Assembly (NCBI GenBank): GCA_002104945.1
Contig: MCFH01000007.1
Span: forward strand, 1,116,001 to 1,180,000
DNA: 64,000 nt
Source of the DNA: Piromyces finnis finn
Lineage: Eukaryota; Fungi; Neocallimastigomycota
Reading direction: 5' to 3'
Shown here: one piece after another, positions 52,714 to 64,000 of the stretch
Position numbering within the stretch: position 1 is the first letter of the stretch
How the letters are laid out: every line of letters begins with the position of its first letter
Made by a program: the position numbers and the translations under genes
Notes under the pieces: generated by a model
Databases searched by the model: none
Seen by the model: the letters and a program-made list of their open reading frames with translations, nothing else
What the model was told of the DNA's origin: nothing

Positions 52714-53487
52714 TTTCTTTATATTTCTATATTTTATATATTAAAATAATTATTAAATTATTAAATTTGTATTTAAATGTTAATTTTCAAATCAATATTT
52801 ATTTATTATTATTTCTTTTAATAAATATGTGTTTCTTATTAAAAATATTAAGCTTTAAATAATACTTTAAAATATTATAAATATTATTAATTCTATTTCT
52901 TATATCAAATTATTTATTCGAAATATTTAATAATTTTTGATTTTACATTAATGTAATGAGAAAACAATTATTTATTTTTTACTATGCTTAAAAAATTAAA
53001 TTAAAATCTAATTACAAAGGTATTTATTTTATTTTAATTTATATAATTTTTATATGAATATGGTTTTATTTTATTATGAGATGTAAAATGAATTTGCTTT
53101 AAATAATATATTACGGTAATTTGCCAATATTAAGTTGAATTGAAGTTAACAATTTAAATTAATTATTTAGATTTTATTGTGATTTGAAATTAGATTTTAT
53201 TTTCAATTAAAAATCATTAATTCTTGTAAATTTAATTAGATAATATTATATAGCATTCTTTGTTTTGATTGATTTATATTTTTACAATATTATAATTTTT
53301 AAATGTTCTTGTCAATCTCTTTCTCTCTCTCTCTTTTTTTTTTACTGCTGAAAAAAAATATAAAAATAAAAATTATAAAAATTTGTATAACACATTTTTA
53401 AAATTCATTTAATTTTGTAGATTTTTTTTTTTTTCGAAAATTATTCAATAAATATTTGCGAAATATGTAGAAGTCTTTCTTTCTTTC

Positions 53488-53519
<32 letters not shown>

Positions 53520-55466
53520 TAAAATAAAAATAAAAATAAAAAAATTAATTCTTATTTACGTTCTAAAAAGTGATAATCCTGTTATAGGGAAATTTGCATA
53601 TTATTATTGATAGATTAAAAGTTATAGATTGTTAATTTTCCCTTTTTAATATATGAAGTTTTTATAATTAATAATTATAAAATCCACTATCTTAAAAAGA
53701 GGTAATCTTTATATTTAAAAGAGTATGTATATATAGAATAATAAAAACTAATGACAATTTTTTTTTTTTCGAAAAAAAATAATTCTTTTGTTGCTAAAAA
53801 ATGTTTGTTAATATGTTGAAATATTATTGATATTTCTTGTCTATTTCTTAATATAATTTGTAGTTAATTTTTATAATCTTTGATTAATTTAATCGTTCTT
53901 TTTTATTCTTTATAAATTCTCTATTTGGAATAATATTAAAAGTTTAATGGGGAAAATATTTATATATAAATAATTAGAATAACAAAAAAATTTATGTTAA
54001 TATTAAAATATTAATAATAAACATGAGTTATAATTATTCATATTATAATAAATATATTAATAATATATGCAATCTATTTTATTGCTTTAAACATAAAAAA
54101 CATTTAAAAGCATTCAATTATTTATGATTATCTTTTTTTTTTTTTTTTTTTAATTAAAAATTCTATTACAATTAAAAAAAATAACATATAAACAATTACA
54201 TTTCAATATATTATAATATATATTGCATATTAAATGTATGGTTTAATTTTTAATGATTAGAGGAAGACATACTATTAATATTAATATATTATAATATATT
54301 TCAATATATTAAGATCAACTATAATACTTACTTTAAAATTTCAATCGATTATATGAATTTTAATATATATAATATTTTATAAAGTGTTTTTTCAGTTCAA
54401 ATGATTATTCTTTAATATGTTAAATGTGACATAAAGTCTACTTTTGAACAAAGGTTTGAAAGTCATCATTTAAAAGGAATAGTGTTTGAAAGTATAAGGA
54501 TATATTAAATAGTTTTTTATTTAATATAATAAATAAACTTCTTTTAATAAAGAAAATAATATTATAAATGAATTTAGTATTTAATTCTTAATAACAATTT
54601 TTTATATTTTATAATGCTCTTAATTATGAAATATATTTTAAATATTTTTATTCTTTTATAAAATTAAAAAAGAAAATTTTGTAAATAATTTAAAGAAACT
54701 TATTTTATTTATATAATTGTAAAAAAAAGTTTTTAAGATGAAATTTTATTTTGTATGGCCTAGATAAAATTTAAAATTTAATTATTAACCACCTTATTTC
54801 TATTAATTAACTTTCTAATTTAGCTTGATTTTAGCATAGATTTTAGAGAGATTCGATTTTAATAGAAAATAAAATTATTAATTTATTAATTTACTTTATT
54901 TATATCAGAAATAAATAATAATTTAAATTTTTATTGAGAATATGTACTAAAAAAATAATTTTTTTTTGTTAAGTTTCAAGAAAAAAAAGAAAACGATATA
55001 TTATGATTATAAGCTCGATTAATTATTTTATTATTTTTTAATAAAATTATATAAGTAGTGTAATTTTTTTTTAAATGAAATAATTTTTCAACTTTCAACA
55101 GAAAATTCATGATTTTTCATCCTAACCATATTAAAAAAAAAAAAAAAAAAAATAAACTTGATATAATAATAAAATATAAAAATCTAGTTTAATCATATTT
55201 ATATTTCATTATATTTATTTCTTTTTTAATGTAAGAAATGGCTAAAAATTATAATAAATAATTACTTTTGGTTATTGATATAAATAAACTAAAAAAAAAA
55301 AAAAAAAGAATAATAAATACAAATACTATGTATGATAGATTTCTTAATTATAGAAACTTAAATAATATAATGACAGAGATATATAAAATTTTTTTTCAAG
55401 TACGGAAGGTAAGATAAAAAAGAAAAGAAATTAATTCTAATGGTTTAAATAAATTTCAGTTAAAAG

Positions 55467-56459
55467 TTATTTTTTTGCTGTACTGAAAACCTTAACATTT
55501 CCATCTAAAATAAAGTATTTATATAAATTTAATTTATTATTAAATATAATATTGTTATTATAATAATATTATAAAATAATGAAATAATTTTTTTTTACCA
55601 TCTGAACATGAAAATAATAATGGCTTATATGGATGGAATGCAACATCTCTAACTTCAACACCATCATGGTAATGTAATATACCAGTGAGTTTACCTGTTT
55701 TTAAATTGAAAATAAAAAGTTTTCCATCATATGTTGGTGCTACAATATATCTTCCATTACTAGTTACTTTAATTAGCCATGAATTAGAATGGTAACTATA
55801 ATTTTATTTATCCAAATATTTAAATATTAAGAATTTATTTGTTAATATGTTAATATATTTAGATGCTAAGTTTTACTATATTAATTGCTTTCATTATATA
55901 TATATTTTTATAAATTTAATAATATACTTTTCATCTTGGAAACTATTAATATCTTCAATTTTGAAAGGATCATGTTCTGATGCTGGATATATCAACTTTT
56001 CTAAATGACATTTATTTGGTTTTGATGCTATAATTATACATAATTTTTTTTTTTTTTTTTAAAAAAAAAACATTATTAAATGAATATTTTAACCTTTATT
56101 GTTATTATTATTATAATTAATTGTATATATATATAAAGATACTTACGAACGGTATCGTCATCAGCATCTAATACTTCTACACCACGAGTAATGAAATAAC
56201 AAAACATTGGTGAATCTTTTGTAGGTAATTCATCATTTTGACCCCAGATAAACTCTGGTTTTGGTAATTCCAAGCAATCAACAATTTTAACACAATCACA
56301 ATAATGCGAATATGGTGTAACAAAACGTTGAATAATCTTTATATTTATATTGAAATTATATTTTGTATTAAAAATAAAAAAAAAATTAATTGAAATTATA
56401 AATTATTAAAAGAAATAATAAACATAAACATAAACATAAACATAAACATAAATATAAAC

Positions 56460-56516
<57 letters not shown>

Positions 56517-58914
56517 TTGATATGAAAACTTACTTGTGCAGATTCAAAATCAAAAATACTTATATCTCCATCAGTAGCGGCAACAAAATAACGATTACCT
56601 GTATTTGGTAAAAATGAAATAGTAAAAGCCATACAAGTTATACCATCAAACATTTTGGTATAACTATCTAATTCAGTCCAACTATTATTTTTCATTTTCC
56701 ATTTTATAATATAACCATCTTGACTAGTAGTGACATAATAATTTTCACCTTTGTAGCATATATTCTTTATACATAAAACTTCTTCAGCATGTCCTTCTAA
56801 ACGTGAGACAACCTTACCACTTACAACATCAAAAATCTTATATATTTAAATTATTAATAATTTATTCATATAAGCAGTGATTTTATTAAATTTTATTTAA
56901 ATAATAACAATATTTTTTTTTTTAAATTTATACTTTTAATGGACATGGCAATATATGATTGTCATCATCTTCAGAACTCCATTTTTTTCTATCTTTTAGT
57001 TTTCCTGCAATAATCATATGTTCCATCGAAGGTGTAAATCTACCAACAAAGAACTCATCAATTTGCTCTTCCTTTTAATAAAACAATATATGAATTATTC
57101 AATTATTCAATTATTAATAATTCTGATAACAAATATCTAAATAATAACTATATATTATTATAATAATACATCAGCATCTCTTAGTGTTTGAATAAGGTCA
57201 AAAGTTTCAACATCCCATATTTTTGCTGTTCCAATAGTACTGAATGTTGCAAGCATTTCTCCATCAGGTGATAATACCAAACCAACAATTTGAGCTAATA
57301 AAAGTAAATATAAATTAAAATAAGATTATTATTAATTTATCTCTCTTTTTTTTTTTTTTTTTTTTTTTTTTCATATATTCATGAATTTAGTAATAATATA
57401 AATTTACAATAATCTTGAATATTTGCTTCCTTTACTAGTTCAAGTGGACATTCTTCATTAATGAAATTGATCATTTCACCATTGTCGGCGTTATTTTTCC
57501 AATATTCATCAGGGTATAAACTTGAAAGGTTGCAAATTTCTGGAATATCAATACTTTCTTTTATCTTTTCATAATAAATAAATAATTGATTAATAAATTA
57601 ATTCATTTATTTATTATTTAAATATACAATAATTATTTAAAATATTTTATTATATTTTACTCTTTTAAATTTGTCTGCTGGAGTAAATAAATTATTAATT
57701 TTGCTTTTATCTTTAGTTTTTGATGTTTCACTCTTATATATTTACATTTTTAATAAATATATCATTTATATTAATAAATATAAATCAATAAATATAATAT
57801 ATAGTATAATTTAAAATTAATTGTTACAGATTTTTTTGATCTTCTTGGCTTTTCATTTGTATCTGCAAAGTCCTCCATATCATCATCTTTTACATAGGAA
57901 TAAAGAAACAATTGAATATATAATTAATTAAATCACTTATATTATTATTAAAGATATTTATATCAATTATTAAATATAAAAAACAAATAATTACCATTAT
58001 TCTTTTTCTTTCTTGATGCTTTTTTTGTAGGTTTTGTCTTTAATTTCCCATATTTAATTATTATTGTAAATTATAAAATATAGTAGATTAATATTATCAA
58101 ATTTATAATAATATTGATGTATCGATTATTAAACAGATTTCCATTATGAAAGTAAGAAATAAAATTATTCATATTATTTAATGAAATTTATTATAGCACA
58201 TTAATAGAGATATGATATTATCTATATATCAATAATATATACTAAATACATGCTTTATATAATAATTACCTTTACTGTTGAAGCCTTTGACTTCTTTCTT
58301 TTTGTTGTGTTTGAAATAGATTCTATTTTCAATATTATTGATAATTATTTTGTATATGTTGTTATTTGTCATTTATACAAATATATTTTTAAATAAAAAG
58401 TTTTAAATTAAATTCAATTATCGTTTTTGAATTTGCTTTTTTTTATAAAAGAAGAGTATAAATACAAAAACAAAACAAAAAAAAAAATACCTTCATTCTT
58501 AATATCAATAAAGTCAGCTTCTGAGCTTAATAATAAATTATCATTATTTGGTTCAGCAAAGCTATCAGACGTTACTAGTGAAAATTCTATTGGTTTATTA
58601 TCTTCTGGATTTAAAATTTCTAGTTGGTCTGAGGAAGCCTCACTATCATTTTCAATTTCTATATCCATATCATTATTATTTTCTTTTTCAATATTATTAT
58701 TTGCTTGTAATAATTTGCTTTTATATTGAAGCTCTTTAGTTTCCTTTTCAATCTTTTTTTGAAGTTGTTCTAAAAATAATAAACGTTTTTCTATTTGGTC
58801 TTCATTATAATTTTTCATAAATAGTATTTCAATATCTTCTTGATTAATTTTATCGTCATTCGAAATGTTTTCTTGAGCTGAATTAGAACTTTCGGTGTCA
58901 TTATTTGATGTCAT
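55467..58914 (-). CDS. WD40-repeat protein with acidic/coiled-coil N-terminus, multi-exon
   Basis: Spliced WD repeats: IVGLVLSPDGEMLATFSTIGTAKIWDVET; IFDVVSGKVVSRLEGHAEEVLCI...YVTTSQDGYIIKW; SNGRYIVAPTYDGKLFIFNLKTG; EVRDVAFHPYKPLLFSCSDDGNVKVF. Stop at 55467-55469. Confidence 0.82.
56420..56516. repeat. Intronic compound microsatellite (AAACAT)n + (AAT)n
   Basis: Read directly; lies in an intron of the WD40 gene and produces the spurious poly-Ile/FM tail of ORF 56396-56695. Confidence 0.9.
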
Positions 58915-59259
58915 CTTGATTATTATTATATTATTATTATTTTTACTCTTTCACTTCTAATAAATATATTTTTAAAATTTCTAGGGAATAATATTATTGT
59001 ATATATTTTTAAAAAATAATAATACAATTATATAATATAAAATTAATAATATGTAAATTAATAATTTTTTTCTTTTCTTTTCTTTATTATTTATTTTCAA
59101 GGATATGTTTTTAAAATATAAAATCGTTTTACAGATTACTATATAAATAATTTATCAATTTGCTTGATTATAGCAAATATAAATAAATTAAGTTAAATAG
59201 AACTATTAATAATTTAATTAATTAATTCTTTTCCTTTCCTTTCACCCTCTCTCTTTCTT

Positions 59260-59305
<46 letters not shown>

Positions 59306-60472
59306 TTATTGATAAAACTGGATATTACATCTTTTTTAATTTCTACATAAATTTTAATAAAATATTTGAATTAAATTGATTTCACATAAATTGCCTTTTG
59401 AGTAAATTTAATTATTTATTAATTTATTATGTATAAAAGCATTGATTTGTTCCAATTATATAATTACTTAAAAATTAATTAATGAGTTGTTATATTGTAA
59501 TAGTCTTTGAAAACTCATGACTTTTTTTTTTTTTTTTTTTTTGAGGTATTATAAAAATTTAAATTAATTTAATTAAAAACTTTTTGTATGAAATTCTGCT
59601 TACTCTTATCATTTATTTTATTTTTTAAATAATCCTGAATTGATAAAAAAAAAAAAATAAAAAATAAAAAATTAAAATAAACTTTCTTGGTTAATTATAT
59701 TGTGCACTTACAATTTTACAATTTTTATATAAATATTTAACGAAAATAAATTAAGATGATATTTCTTTGTTACTTATTATTTTAAAATAAATAATTAATG
59801 ATTAATTTATTTTCCTTAAAATTAATTTATTTATTCTTTTTTTTTAATTGGTCTTTAATAAAATTTTCTATAATAATTAAATAATTAATTATAAACAATT
59901 TAAAAGAAAATTTTATTTTTTTTTTAAATTATAAATAAAAATAAATTATTCTTTTCAACTTTTTTTTTTTTAAAAAAATAATAATAATAATAGTTCTATT
60001 AAATTTATAATGATTTTCATTCGTTAAACAATTTATTTTTAAAAAAAAAATTAATTATTTAGGACAATTTAAAACTTAAATAAATGAATAAAAAAAAAAA
60101 ATTAGAATTATTATGGATTAAAAGATTCATTTGTATAATTTTTCTAGAAATTATAAATAATTTTCATTTTATTAATAAACTTCTAATAAAATAAAAGATA
60201 TATGCTAAAATATTAATAAAAGAAGTTATAATAATGTATATAGAAGATAAAATACTTTCAAATAACATAAAATAAATATACATTATTAATATAATTATTT
60301 ATTAAATAGGAAATATTATTGTTATTATTATTTATTAGAGTGTTTTTTTATGTACTATTGTAACTAATTAATTTTATTTAATTGATGTGATGAATTTTAA
60401 TTAAGAAAAAGTTATATTATTATTCTTGTAATTGTTTAATTTTCTTTCTTATTTTTTGTAATACTTTTTTTA

Positions 60473-60504
<32 letters not shown>

Positions 60505-60764
60505 AATTAAACTAAATTGATGTCTTCAAAATAAATATTTTATTTTTGAAAAATTAAAATATAATATATATATTATTTTTAATATAGATGCGATTAAAAG
60601 TAGAAATAAATGATAGAATTTCATTTAATTTTTCAATTAGTACATATTATTTATATACAAAACTTTTTAAAAATATGAAATGAAAAAAAAAAAAGGAAAA
60701 AAGATATAAAACAAATATTCAAATTTTCTTTTTATTATTGAGACTTTATGCTTTATTTTTTTGT

Positions 60765-64000
<3,236 letters not shown>

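Overview
Eukaryotic, extremely AT-rich DNA with short GT-AG introns, Asn-rich low-complexity proteins and a flagellar-type gene. It is most likely an anaerobic gut fungus (Neocallimastigomycota; inferred from composition and gene style). Nine genes are supported: (1) an NME8/NME9-type thioredoxin-NDP kinase gene expanded to about 20 NDK domains by tandem duplication of a 417-nt exon; (2) a stand-alone, catalytically degenerate NRPS condensation-domain-like protein interrupted by a coiled-coil + SAM-like insert; (3) cytosolic TrpRS; (4) a PPP1R21 (KLRAQ/FERRY Fy-2)-like coiled-coil gene; (5) COG7; (6) a 2907-aa uninterrupted membrane protein with a C-terminal PelF/Gtb3-type GT4 domain; (7) exportin-T/Los1; (8) a WD40 protein; (9) an Asn-rich protein with a PAM2-like motif running off the window edge. 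There is also an internally deleted Ty1/copia remnant carrying a nested poly(A)-tailed retroposed fragment. Exon boundaries and family assignments were made by eye, without database searches.
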